Positions 29,572-39,866 of a DNA stretch of 64,000 nt are shown here, one piece after another. The stretch is from assembly GCA_048938105.1 (NCBI GenBank), contig JBHLMN010000007.1:32001-96000 (forward strand), read 5' to 3'. Under the pieces are notes generated by a model that did no database searches, had not been told where the DNA came from, and saw nothing but the letters and a program-made list of their open reading frames with translations. How positions within the stretch are numbered: position 1 is the first letter of the stretch; each line of letters begins with the position of its first letter. Source of the stretch: Promethearchaeota archaeon. GTDB taxonomy: Archaea; Asgardarchaeota; Heimdallarchaeia; Hodarchaeales; Hodarchaeaceae. Made by a program: the position numbers and the translations under genes.

Positions 29572-30543
29572 TTAAACTTTATATTGAGGATTCTCTTGAA
29601 CCTCTGAAATAAAATCTTTAACCAACTTTTCAGGGGAATAAACTGGTTTAAAATTCAGATCCTTACGAGTCAAGGTATCATCGCCTTCCATCATTGATAA
29701 GAATTTCAGTAATATTGATAACTCATCATCAGGTTCATATTCAATCACAGCCTCAGGGATTTCTTGTTGTACTAGATTAGCTAATTCTTTGGCCGAAATC
29801 CAAAAGCCATCAAGATTGTATGCCTGTTCGCTAATACTTTTCCGCTCTAAGAGGCTTCCCAAAAGTTGTGTTACATCTTTTATATATAAAATGGGAATGG
29901 TTATTTCAGGTTCTACATTACAAACTCCTTTCAGGCCCTGAGCAGGATACTGTATAATATTATTAGCATATATTGTCATACCAGCACCTGTCCTTCCTGG
30001 CCCAATAAGGGCGGGAAGGCGAAGTGTAACAAAATTAACATTTTTACGACGATGGTAGAACGTTCCTAGAACTTCTGAACATACTTTACCAACGCCATAC
30101 ATTGTTAAGGGCTCACGATATGTCTTCTCGGTTATAGGAAGATCAACACCTGGGCTGTAAATAGCTGCACTACTAGAATAGTAAACATTAGAAGTGCTAA
30201 AAAGGCTTGCACACTCAAGTATGTTGAAAGTGCCTTGAATATTGACTCTAAAAGCATCTTCGGTCTTTGTCTCTGTATGTGGAGGCATCAGGCTCCCAAA
30301 ATGAAAGATATTTTCTATCGGTTGATGAGAATCAAAACACGATTTTAATTCTGACCAGTTAGATAAATCTCCCTGAATAATTAGTACCCTAGAATTATCT
30401 TTCAGGTCTTTTATTCTCTTTTCATTTATGATATAATCATATAGGATAAGCTCTTCATTTGTGGTTTCTGTTAAATGACGAGCCAAAAACGACCCAATGA
30501 ATCCTGTTCCCCCAGTGATAAGTGTTGTCATGATATAATCCAC
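29572..30543 (-). CDS. Extended SDR epimerase/dehydratase (SDR-type threonine dehydrogenase-like)
   Basis: TGGTGFIG, SSAAIY, P.TMYGVGK. Confidence 0.85.
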   Translation of the reverse strand: MDYIMTTLITGGTGFIGSFLARHLTETTNEELILYDYIINEKRIKDLKDNSRVLIIQGDLSNWSELKSCFDSHQPIENIFHFGSLMPPHTETKTEDAFRVNIQGTFNILECASLFSTSNVYYSSSAAIYSPGVDLPITEKTYREPLTMYGVGKVCSEVLGTFYHRRKNVNFVTLRLPALIGPGRTGAGMTIYANNIIQYPAQGLKGVCNVEPEITIPILYIKDVTQLLGSLLERKSISEQAYNLDGFWISAKELANLVQQEIPEAVIEYEPDDELSILLKFLSMMEGDDTLTRKDLNFKPVYSPEKLVKDFISEVQENPQYKV

Positions 30544-30547
30544 TCAT

Positions 30548-32257
30548 TCATTTCCAATAGCTTGGGTCAGCTGCCGCAGCTGCTCGCTGGTTTAAGATAT
30601 TCGTTTCTTTATCATCAATTCTAACATCTATCAGTGATACACGGCCACTATCACGAGCACGTTTTATCGCTCCAGAAATATCTTCAGGTCGAGTTACCAG
30701 CTCACCCAGAGCACCAAGGCTTTCAGCAAATTTAACATAATCAATTTGTTTATTCAGCTCTGAACCAATCCGATAACCCCAAGATAGGTCTTGGTTGTGG
30801 GCTATCATCCCCCAAGCAGAATCATTTTCAATAATAATAACGAGAGGAAGATCATGTCGAACAGCAGTATCTATTTCAGCACCATTAAAGAGGAAGCTTC
30901 CATCTCCAGTCAGAATCATTATATTTCGATCAGGATCCGCGAGTTTAGATCCAATTGCATGGGGTAATCCAGCTCCTAGATGCCCAATTGGGCCATGAGC
31001 CATGTATATTTGACCAGGATAACTTGATTTCAGAATCAATAACGCCCAAACGGTAGTGTCCCCCCCATCTAATATTAACCTAGTATTCTTATCTAAAAAC
31101 GGTTGAATCTCTTTTGTAAGCCGCTGCGGTTTTATGGGAATATCATTAGAATCAGCTGGACCCATAAGCATTGATTCTAATTCTAAACGGTTCTGTTTCA
31201 CCAGTTTGCTCCACTCTCCATGTAAATTGCTCTTGTTTGCCTCTTTCTGAATAGCTGAGAACAATTCTGTAAGAAAAGGTGCTATTGAGGATGTAACTCC
31301 AAGTTCGAATGGGCGGTTCTTACCAATAACTTGAGAATCAGGATCGACCCAAATTACTTGAACATCCTTATCATAAATACTAGGATTGGTTCCAAAACCT
31401 TGTAACTCTCCAAAGGTTACTCCTAAGACAAGTATAACATCAGCGTCTTTAAGAAGTATATTTTGGATCGCACTTCCAATTGAGAGAGGGTGTAAACCTG
31501 GTACACAACCCATACCTAATTCATCATGTGCGATGGGAATTGATAGGAATTCTGCTACTCGTAGTAGACTCTTAGAAGCATTTCCCCAATAAACGCCACT
31601 TCCAGCAATAATCACTGGCTTCTCAGCCGCTAAAAGAAGCTGGGAAGCTTTTTTAACTAACAAAGGGTCTGGATATGTCTTTCCCTGTACCCGATATGTC
31701 TTTGGTTTTCGCTTAAAGAAAAAATCTTCATCATGGGGCTCCCAATGAAGTGTTTGAATATCTTGAGGGATATCTAATAATACAGGTCCCATATTTTCTG
31801 ATGTAGCAATTCGAAATGCTTCTTGAATATATTCTGGTATCCTAGCGGTCTTATGTATCATTTTAGCATATTTTGTAACATGTTTTGCTAGAGGAATCTG
31901 ATCAATTTCTTGGTTAGCGTGTTTATCAATATGGCACAAAGCACTATGCCCTGTTAAAGCAATAACAGGGCTTCGGGCATAATACGCTGAAACAAGAGCG
32001 GGTAGAAGATTCGCAAAACCTGGGCCCGCAGTTACTAAACAAACACCTGGTGTACGGGTGGTTATAGCCCAGCCTTCAGCTGCATTTCCTGCAGCTTGTT
32101 CATGTCGTGTAGTGATGATCTGAATACCTTCTTCGTCAAGAGCTTTGTAAATGGGATTGATATGTCCTCCAGAAATCGAGAACACATATTGTACCCCTTC
32201 TTGAGCGAGACTTTTTGCAACCAACGATCCGCCAGATAAAGACAAATTCTTGGACAT
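30548..32257 (-). CDS. ThDP-dependent enzyme (acetolactate synthase-like / 2-hydroxyacyl-CoA lyase-like)
   Basis: GGHI, RHEQAA, TAGPG, DGGD, GDGSF...ENDSAWG. Confidence 0.9.
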   Translation of the reverse strand: MSKNLSLSGGSLVAKSLAQEGVQYVFSISGGHINPIYKALDEEGIQIITTRHEQAAGNAAEGWAITTRTPGVCLVTAGPGFANLLPALVSAYYARSPVIALTGHSALCHIDKHANQEIDQIPLAKHVTKYAKMIHKTARIPEYIQEAFRIATSENMGPVLLDIPQDIQTLHWEPHDEDFFFKRKPKTYRVQGKTYPDPLLVKKASQLLLAAEKPVIIAGSGVYWGNASKSLLRVAEFLSIPIAHDELGMGCVPGLHPLSIGSAIQNILLKDADVILVLGVTFGELQGFGTNPSIYDKDVQVIWVDPDSQVIGKNRPFELGVTSSIAPFLTELFSAIQKEANKSNLHGEWSKLVKQNRLELESMLMGPADSNDIPIKPQRLTKEIQPFLDKNTRLILDGGDTTVWALLILKSSYPGQIYMAHGPIGHLGAGLPHAIGSKLADPDRNIMILTGDGSFLFNGAEIDTAVRHDLPLVIIIENDSAWGMIAHNQDLSWGYRIGSELNKQIDYVKFAESLGALGELVTRPEDISGAIKRARDSGRVSLIDVRIDDKETNILNQRAAAAADPSYWK

Positions 32258-32367
32258 TGTAAGACACCTGAGAATTTTTCGGTGTGAATCTCTTATTAAT
32301 TTGGAGTTTTCCTTTATGCACTAAAACTTTTAGACATCTTCACATTCATTCATCTTTCTGATATATA

Positions 32368-34194
32368 ATGGCTAATGGTTACAATAATCGCCTAGTTCGT
32401 GTCAATTTAAGCACAAATCAAATAACTATTGAAGACCTTCCTAATATTATTGAAACCTTTCTAGGAGGTAAGGGATTAGGCGCATATATTCTCACCAGGG
32501 AATTATCACCTAAAATTGATCCCCTAGGCCCAGAAAATAAACTTATAATTGCAACAGGGCCTCTTCAAGGTTCTATTGTTCCGATTTGTGGACGTTATTC
32601 AATAGTAACGAAGTCACCATTAACAGGCCTCTTTCTTGATTCACATGTAGGTGGAACTATTGGACCAGAGCTAAAATTTGCTGGTTATGATTGCCTAATT
32701 ATTGAAGGAGCTGCTCCAAAACCCCGTTATCTACTAATTGTTGATGATAATGTTGAAATTAAGGACGGAGAACATTTAAAAGGGCAATCTGCATTAGAAA
32801 AGGAAATCCAGATTCAGAAAGACTTAGAAACTGATGAAATCAAGATAATGAGCGTAGGATTAGCAGGAGAAAATATGGTTAAATTTGCGTGCGTAACAAG
32901 TGAAAGTTTTCGTAATGCGGGCCGTGGTGGAGTAGGAGCAGTTTTTGGTAGTAAAAACCTTCTAGCTATCGCTATTAAAGGTTCATCAAGAGAGATTCCA
33001 GCAGCAGATCTCGAGTCTTTGAATGATGTAGCTATGCAACTCCGTAACAGAGTTACCCAAGGTCGAACATCTGGGCTGAGGATATACCGTATTGGAACAC
33101 CAAACCTAGTGACGGTCGCTTCAAACCGCGATCAGATTCCAGTTCGAAACTTCCAAGAAGGAACATTAGAAAATCCAGCATTACTCGAAGAGGAAGCAAT
33201 CAATCAATATACAACGAAAAAGAAACCCTGTTATAAATGTCCAATTTCTTGCGCTCATATTTTTAATCAGGAATTCTCATATGCAGAGGAGGGACACGTT
33301 GTAGCGGTTCCCGAATACGAAACACTTGCGTTATTTGGCGCCAATTGCGGAGTAGATTTTGAAACAGTTATCGAAGCAAACTATTTAGCTAATATGTTTT
33401 CACTTGATACCATTTCTACTGGGAATGTTATTGCATGGTTTATGGAATGTTCTGAGAAAGATTTAGTTCCTAAAAAATACAAATCTGATAAAATTTACTT
33501 TGGTGATAGAGAGGGGTTGCTAAATCTAATTGGTAAAATTGCTTATAGGCAAGGTGTTGGAGAAATATTAGCAGAAGGGACAAAATTTGCAAGTGACATT
33601 TTCGGGCAAGAGACTGAAAAGTTTGCGATTAATGTCAAAGGTTTAGAAATGGCTGCATGGGATCCCCGTGGAAGGTTAGCGTTAGGGTTAAGTTATGCTT
33701 CAGCTGCAGTTGGAGCGTCCCATTTACGAGGATGGCCTTCTTCAACAAAGACGCCTTTAGAAGAACCTGTCACTCCTGAAATCGTGGAAAGTCTTGTTAG
33801 AGAACAAGATCTGAAAATTATCAAAGATTCGTTGATTATCTGTCATTTTACCCATTCTATAATTCCTGCACTGAACTTAGAAGATGGTCAAGCTCTTTAT
33901 TCTGCAGTTACAGGATCTCAAATTGATGTGCGAAAAATTGCTCAGAATATCTGGAGCTTAACACGATATTTTAACATGAGAGAGTTTGAAAAACCTGCAG
34001 GGGCCTATGATCAATTACCTTCTCGTTTACTATACGAAGCCCTTCCATCAGGATCCGCGGAAGGTTCCAAAGCTTTTCAATCAGAAGAAGATTTCAAGAA
34101 TGGATTAAGAATGCTTTATCAAATGAGACGATGCCAAAATGATGGTGATCTTACTTTAGCTGAAAAACAAAGAATTGAAGAGCTCCTCAAGTGA
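32368..34194 (+). CDS. Aldehyde:ferredoxin oxidoreductase (W/Mo-pterin)
   Basis: KSPLTG, GRGGVGAVFGSKNL, CYKCPISC, EYET, DTIS, DPRG. Confidence 0.95.
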   Translation: MANGYNNRLVRVNLSTNQITIEDLPNIIETFLGGKGLGAYILTRELSPKIDPLGPENKLIIATGPLQGSIVPICGRYSIVTKSPLTGLFLDSHVGGTIGPELKFAGYDCLIIEGAAPKPRYLLIVDDNVEIKDGEHLKGQSALEKEIQIQKDLETDEIKIMSVGLAGENMVKFACVTSESFRNAGRGGVGAVFGSKNLLAIAIKGSSREIPAADLESLNDVAMQLRNRVTQGRTSGLRIYRIGTPNLVTVASNRDQIPVRNFQEGTLENPALLEEEAINQYTTKKKPCYKCPISCAHIFNQEFSYAEEGHVVAVPEYETLALFGANCGVDFETVIEANYLANMFSLDTISTGNVIAWFMECSEKDLVPKKYKSDKIYFGDREGLLNLIGKIAYRQGVGEILAEGTKFASDIFGQETEKFAINVKGLEMAAWDPRGRLALGLSYASAAVGASHLRGWPSSTKTPLEEPVTPEIVESLVREQDLKIIKDSLIICHFTHSIIPALNLEDGQALYSAVTGSQIDVRKIAQNIWSLTRYFNMREFEKPAGAYDQLPSRLLYEALPSGSAEGSKAFQSEEDFKNGLRMLYQMRRCQNDGDLTLAEKQRIEELLK

Positions 34195-34220
34195 TTTATC
34201 AGATACCAATTTTACACTAC

Positions 34221-35447
34221 TCAAGTAATAATTGAAAAGAAATTAATAATCCAAGGGCGGATTTCCTCAATAAATTTCTCTGTTTCTGGCTCATTTTTTG
34301 ATTTAAATTTGGCACTAATTGAACAAAGGAACAACTTGATTGAATCAAATTCCATTCGATCAATGGTTATAAATATTCCTCCCATATTGCTCATAATTAC
34401 AAGTTTATCATGTTTTTTCTCGCTTTCATAAACCTCTTGGCGAATTGCTTCCATTATTTCTAAAAATAATTTGTCTCTTTGCTCTGTTGTTAATTGAGTA
34501 GTCCACTCTGCAGCTATAAAACAATTCTCTGTTAAGAGAAAACTTGCTGTAAAGCCATGAGTCTCAGAATAAAATGCAAGAGAATCGGAAAGAATTTTGC
34601 TTAAAGGGGAAACGTCTGAAAAAACTCGAGAAAATAATTTAACCAATTCTTCAACGTCAAAAATGCTTGTTCTTAATATTCTAAAGTCATACTCATGTTT
34701 AGTCAATATGGGCCTTATATTATTGAGAATAACATCGATTGAATTATCAAGCTCAGCTTTATCTAGGATTGGGTCATATTTATGTAGAACTAAATATACT
34801 TTAGGTTTCTCTTTCAAATACTTGAATTTTACTAATAGATTATTGAGGTATTGCGCTGCCTCACCTGAATATTCTTCTCTCTGTGTATCTAATACGAAGA
34901 TTAGTAGCATTGTTCGTGATAGGAATTGCTTAGGATCATCTAGATAGAGTCTGTGAAAACTTGGCTGCCCTCCAAGATCCCACAATGCGATTTTTAATCC
35001 AAGAAAATCAAGATGCTCTATTGAAGCTCCTAGAGTGGGAAAATGGATTGGGGTTGTTTTTTGCGTTTGCAAGGTTTTTATTAGGGAGCTTTTTCCTGCA
35101 GCACCCAATCCAGCTATGCAGACACGATGTGAAGATATAGGTATTTCAGTACTAGAAGCAAACCTATGGATAATAGACGCAGAAAGTGTCCATTTTTCTA
35201 GCAGCTTTTGACTTATTCCGATTTCATCAGCCATTTTAAGATCTAAATTTGCTAAATCAGCAATTGTTTCAATTTTAGCTTTTTGCTTAAGCTTTGTAGC
35301 ATAATATTTTCCAATACCTATTATCACTCTTGATGTAAATCCTGAAATCTCTTCACGCCTGTATTCATAAATAGGTTTTTCAAGGTGACTGTCCATTATT
35401 AAACTCCTTATTCGATCTGGAATGGCATTCTTGGCATTGCTGGACAT
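34221..35447 (-). CDS. Rag/Arf-like small GTPase with N-terminal HhH-like and C-terminal roadblock/longin-like domains
   Basis: GLGAAGKS, PTLG, WDLGGQ, HKYD, TSIF; N-terminal IGIGKYYATKL. Confidence 0.85.
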   Translation of the reverse strand: MSSNAKNAIPDRIRSLIMDSHLEKPIYEYRREEISGFTSRVIIGIGKYYATKLKQKAKIETIADLANLDLKMADEIGISQKLLEKWTLSASIIHRFASSTEIPISSHRVCIAGLGAAGKSSLIKTLQTQKTTPIHFPTLGASIEHLDFLGLKIALWDLGGQPSFHRLYLDDPKQFLSRTMLLIFVLDTQREEYSGEAAQYLNNLLVKFKYLKEKPKVYLVLHKYDPILDKAELDNSIDVILNNIRPILTKHEYDFRILRTSIFDVEELVKLFSRVFSDVSPLSKILSDSLAFYSETHGFTASFLLTENCFIAAEWTTQLTTEQRDKLFLEIMEAIRQEVYESEKKHDKLVIMSNMGGIFITIDRMEFDSIKLFLCSISAKFKSKNEPETEKFIEEIRPWIINFFSIIT

Positions 35448-35750
35448 ATGAAGCCACCTCGTTCTTCTATGATCTTTTCTGGAGTAGTTCCTCTCATAAA
35501 GGCAGTAATTCCAATATAACTCAAAAAATGCTTGGTATAAACATAAATAAAGTTTAGTAGCTTATATATTTGTCGTTTGGAACTAAACTATACTTAAAGA
35601 TGAAAAATATATAGTTAATAAACAAGAAATCTTCACTAAATAAACTGGAATTTAAGATATTGTGTCCCTAATTTTCTGAGCTCGAAGGAATTTGTATCCT
35701 AGCCTAATATAAATCCATTATTCTTGAAGTGTAAAGGTTTCCTGTCGCAT

Positions 35751-35770
35751 GAATTAAGCGAGCTTAATTC
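35751..35770. promoter_or_regulatory. Perfect inverted repeat, putative operator
   Basis: GAATTAAGC-GA-GCTTAATTC between divergent GTPase genes. Confidence 0.4.
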
Positions 35771-36034
35771 TTCTTAGGGCCTTATTCAATTGTACATCAT
35801 TTTAGTTAATCAATTCTTTTCTGACTTATGAATCCTGTGTACAACATCTAAAAAATTGTTTTCACTCCATCTTGAATTGATCTGAATACAATGGTATTAA
35901 AATAAGTAGAAGAAGTTATCCAATGAATGGGTTCAGTGTTGCTTTCAATTGAATTTAATCATTTCTGAAGCCCGAAAAGATTGATTCACGATTTTAAAAG
36001 CCGTTAAGGAAATAAAAGTGGATTTCAGGCGGAG

Positions 36035-36586
36035 ATGAATAATAGAATGACCGAGAACATATTAAAAAACGACCATAAAGTTAAAATATGCGTTCTTAGC
36101 CATTCTAAGGAACTTATAAACCATTTCATCCGAAAATTATTATCCATACACAAGGAAGAGGCCACATTCCGCAACTTTGCTGCTTTAGGGATAAGTATTG
36201 CGACAATAAACCTTTCTACAAATAATAATCGTTTTAAACTTATACTCCTTATAACTACTGGTCAAGAATTCTTAGATAAACTACGTCTTTATTACCAAGG
36301 GGCATCAGGAGCAATTATCCTTTTTAATAGTACTAATTCTGATTCATTCGAAGCTGCCAAACGTCATTTCCAATATTTCAGGAAAATTACTCTGAACCCG
36401 CTTGTTCCTATAATTTTCATTGATATTCTAGAAAAATATAAAGAAATCATTATTGAGGAACCTGAACGATTAGAAGAGGAGTCTAATATCCTTTATTATG
36501 AGATAAATGAAGATAATTTCCCTGCTTTTAATAATATTCTTGAATCTATCATCAGGAATCATTGGGCGACTCTAGTACCGTCTTAG
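36035..36586 (+). CDS. Degenerate Rab/Ras-like protein lacking a P-loop
   Basis: TTGQEFLDKLRLYYQGASGAIILFN...SF retained; no GxxxxGK[ST]. Confidence 0.7.
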   Translation: MNNRMTENILKNDHKVKICVLSHSKELINHFIRKLLSIHKEEATFRNFAALGISIATINLSTNNNRFKLILLITTGQEFLDKLRLYYQGASGAIILFNSTNSDSFEAAKRHFQYFRKITLNPLVPIIFIDILEKYKEIIIEEPERLEEESNILYYEINEDNFPAFNNILESIIRNHWATLVPS

Positions 36587-36725
36587 AGTTCACCTTTTTG
36601 TGTTTAATTACGCATACAATACACAAGTCTATGAAAAAACCAAGAATTAACGAAAAAATCCTTGGTAAATTATATATTTTCTGAAAATTTAATTAAATTA
36701 AGATTTTGAATGATCAGTGATTTGA

Positions 36726-37538
36726 ATGACAAAGCAAATAGGCCCAATACTAATCACCGGAGCTGGTTCGGGAATCGGAAAAACCACAACTCATTATCTT
36801 AGTCAACGTGGTTTTCAAGTATACGCAACTGATTCGAATGAAGAAGCACTCAATGACTTTTCATCTAATGAGAAGGTACACTCAATTCGAATGGATGTAA
36901 CTAAGAAAGACGATATTAAAAATACTTTAGCGACAGTAATGGAGGATAATTTAGGATTATATGGATTGATTAACAGTGCTGGGATTATTCGACTTGGACC
37001 AGTCATGGAAGCACCAGATGAAGAACTTGAGCTTCAGTTCAATGTGAATGTGTTTGGGATGTATCAGGTGACAAAAGCATTCTATCCATTATTAAGTAAA
37101 TCAAAGGGACGTATAATAAATATCAGTTCTGCCGCAGGACGATTTGTGAGTCCTTTTTATGGATTTTATTCCATGAGTAAAATGGCTGTAGAAGCTTTTT
37201 CAGACGCTTTGAGAAGAGAACTAATGCCAATGGGTATAAAAGTGTCAATTATCCAACCAGGGTTAATTAATACAGCATTTTGGGATAAGGCTTATTTAGA
37301 TTCATCTCGATATAAGGATTCGATCTTTAAAGAACGTCTAGATAAATTTGTTGAATTTTCAGTATATAATGAAATCCCTAAAGCATTACAACCAGAAAGA
37401 ATAGCTAAGGCAATTCACCATGCATTAACCAGTTCTAGACCAAAAAGTCGCTACTTCGTGACGAAGGGGAAATACAAACAAATATTCGCTGAAAAACTTC
37501 CCACAGGCTGGATAGATTATATTATATCTCGAATCTGA
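36726..37538 (+). CDS. Classical short-chain dehydrogenase/reductase
   Basis: TGAGSGIG, NSAG, YSMSK, IQPG. Confidence 0.93.
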   Translation: MTKQIGPILITGAGSGIGKTTTHYLSQRGFQVYATDSNEEALNDFSSNEKVHSIRMDVTKKDDIKNTLATVMEDNLGLYGLINSAGIIRLGPVMEAPDEELELQFNVNVFGMYQVTKAFYPLLSKSKGRIINISSAAGRFVSPFYGFYSMSKMAVEAFSDALRRELMPMGIKVSIIQPGLINTAFWDKAYLDSSRYKDSIFKERLDKFVEFSVYNEIPKALQPERIAKAIHHALTSSRPKSRYFVTKGKYKQIFAEKLPTGWIDYIISRI

Positions 37539-37795
37539 CTGATTTCCCGATTTTGTTTTAATAAAACTATTTAGAATGTAGGGAACACCTTAAGAATGAT
37601 TCTATATTAATAACTTTGATTCAATTTATTAGCTATGTAAGGATTTTTTTTTAAGAGGGAAGTTTCTACAGAATAGAAACAAACCTACAATTATCATATC
37701 TAATATAAATAATAAGGCAAAAATCAGGGTTTGTAAGATCTTCAATTGCTTAAAACTTCTCCGAAAGATCATGTTTTGCCTTATATTTTCCAGTT

Positions 37796-38404
37796 TTAAT
37801 TCTTCTTACTCTGCGTTTTCACCAGATTGCCAAAATCAGTTGCCCAATTACGAATTAACTGCCAATTACGAAAATCATTCACTTTTCCATCTTGCATTAT
37901 AATCCCTCCTTCAACAGTCTTTGCAAGTCGTTGGATGATCTTTTTTTCTAAAAATGAATAGTTTGAACTGGATGAAAGATCAAAAACACCTCCAAAAGCT
38001 TCAACCATGTCCGCTTTCACACCAGTTTTCTCCATAATCTTTTCTAGGTATTTTTCGCGTGCACCATCACGAGTCTTAGGATTAGCAGCTTCACCAGAAC
38101 TGACAAAAAGGCCTAAAATCTTGGTATTAAGGGGTTCTTGATTCTGTTTTAAAAATTTAAAAGCTTCTTTTGTCCAGCGACCCATTTTAACTCCAGAACC
38201 AACGAGAATACCATCAAACTCATCTAGAGAGGGAATATTTTCCCCATCCTTCAAGTTGAGAACTAAAGTGGTAATTTCGTTTTTTTCAAGTTCTTCTGCA
38301 ATTTCATGAGCAATTTCATCGGTACTTCCAAAGCGGCTTGCGAATACAATTAACACTGACTTCAATTCTTTCACCAAAACTTTACAGAACCTTGTGAATG
38401 ACAT
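37796..38404 (-). CDS. Flavodoxin-domain protein (HemG-like)
   Basis: ASRFGSTDEIA, GSGV, FGG, DFRNW. Confidence 0.85.
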   Translation of the reverse strand: MSFTRFCKVLVKELKSVLIVFASRFGSTDEIAHEIAEELEKNEITTLVLNLKDGENIPSLDEFDGILVGSGVKMGRWTKEAFKFLKQNQEPLNTKILGLFVSSGEAANPKTRDGAREKYLEKIMEKTGVKADMVEAFGGVFDLSSSSNYSFLEKKIIQRLAKTVEGGIIMQDGKVNDFRNWQLIRNWATDFGNLVKTQSKKN

Positions 38405-38492
38405 TTATGAATTGAAGTCAATGAATTTTGTTCTACGAATTTCAGTGGTTCTGTGTAAGAGTCCAATTTTCCCTTAATATTTCTTAAAGATC

Positions 38493-39806
38493 TTATTTAT
38501 GATTTTTTAACACAAGAATCCGATCAAACTTCTTCCTTCTTGACCTACTTACAACTTTGTTTAGGGGTATCTCGTCGTTTACAATCGCTAATTCTTTAAG
38601 TCCTAATTTTTCTTGATAAACGTTAGAAACTTCTTTTGCTGTGTTTATAGAATATTTAGCCCTATGAACATCACCAAGAACAAATACGACTAATGAATTA
38701 TTTTTTAAAACTCGTTTAAGCTCCTTTCCCACATCGATCATATTAGCAAGATAATTTTTGCTGTCTTGGATCAATTCTTGTCGTAATAGGTCTTGTTTGG
38801 ACTTATTTAAACCGAGAAAATATAGACGAACTCTATTCTGCCCAACATAATCAAGTGTATTGTAATAAGGGGGACTACAAATAATCACATCTACAGAATC
38901 GTCATTTAATTTCAAAAAACGAGCATCACCGTGAAAAATTTTCGCGTTCGTCTTTAATGGGAATCCTGTAGAATACATCCGCATGATTTTTGCAGCTATT
39001 CGTGGGATTACGGCTCTATATTCAGGTTTATCTTTATTTGGTCGGTACTGAGGATGATCGACTGGTCGAGGGGTCATGGGAATAATACAACCAGTCCAAA
39101 CGGAAAGATACCCTGGGCGGTTCCCATGTAATATACCCATTAAACATCCGAGAAGAAAATATTCTTTTTCATCTGTCAGCTTTTCATTCAAAAAAACAAT
39201 TTCTTTGAGGGTTTCAGGATGAAAATAAGCTTGAATCCAATCGGGAACTCCAGTTATATCGATTTTTGAAGCGTCAATATCTCTAATTTCTTTTAAATAT
39301 TTCAAATAATAATCGAGTGGCTTTCGTTCAAATTTTCCTTTGGCTATCACATATCCGTAAATATTCAGATCAATACCAATGGCATATCTCTGTAAAAAGT
39401 CGGCTTCTAGGGGAACAGTCCCAACACCCATAAACGGATCTAAAAGAATATCTCCTTTTTTGGAAAAAATCTTTATGAGCCAATGTGCAAGTGATGGGGT
39501 CATCCTACCCTGATAGGGGGACAATGAATGAAGCCAATTCCCCCAATGTTGTTTGTCATAAGGATCATCACGCCACCCAACAGTTTTTAAAAGTTCAATT
39601 GCATTTCCCAAAGTCCTAGAATAATTGTCTGAATAGAATTCATCGTTATAGAGTTTTGAATCAAAATTTTTTTTAAACTCCAATTTAAATGACTTTTTCA
39701 ACTTCCCCCTTAAGAGATCCCTCCATCTGTTTCGATATACTGGATAATGTTCTTTGGCAATGAAGGGAAAGGGATCCTTTACTCCTAGGTGATCAAATAA
39801 GGTCAT
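38493..39806 (-). CDS. Orphan amino-DNA methyltransferase (probably N4-C, SPPY)
   Basis: LDPFMGVGT motif I before CSPPY motif IV; GIDLN; GDAR. Confidence 0.85.
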   Translation of the reverse strand: MTLFDHLGVKDPFPFIAKEHYPVYRNRWRDLLRGKLKKSFKLEFKKNFDSKLYNDEFYSDNYSRTLGNAIELLKTVGWRDDPYDKQHWGNWLHSLSPYQGRMTPSLAHWLIKIFSKKGDILLDPFMGVGTVPLEADFLQRYAIGIDLNIYGYVIAKGKFERKPLDYYLKYLKEIRDIDASKIDITGVPDWIQAYFHPETLKEIVFLNEKLTDEKEYFLLGCLMGILHGNRPGYLSVWTGCIIPMTPRPVDHPQYRPNKDKPEYRAVIPRIAAKIMRMYSTGFPLKTNAKIFHGDARFLKLNDDSVDVIICSPPYYNTLDYVGQNRVRLYFLGLNKSKQDLLRQELIQDSKNYLANMIDVGKELKRVLKNNSLVVFVLGDVHRAKYSINTAKEVSNVYQEKLGLKELAIVNDEIPLNKVVSRSRRKKFDRILVLKNHK

Positions 39807-39866
39807 TAATTTCTCCTTTCTATTTTGATTCTCCTGTTTTCTATATAATATCAGTAAGAAAAAAGT

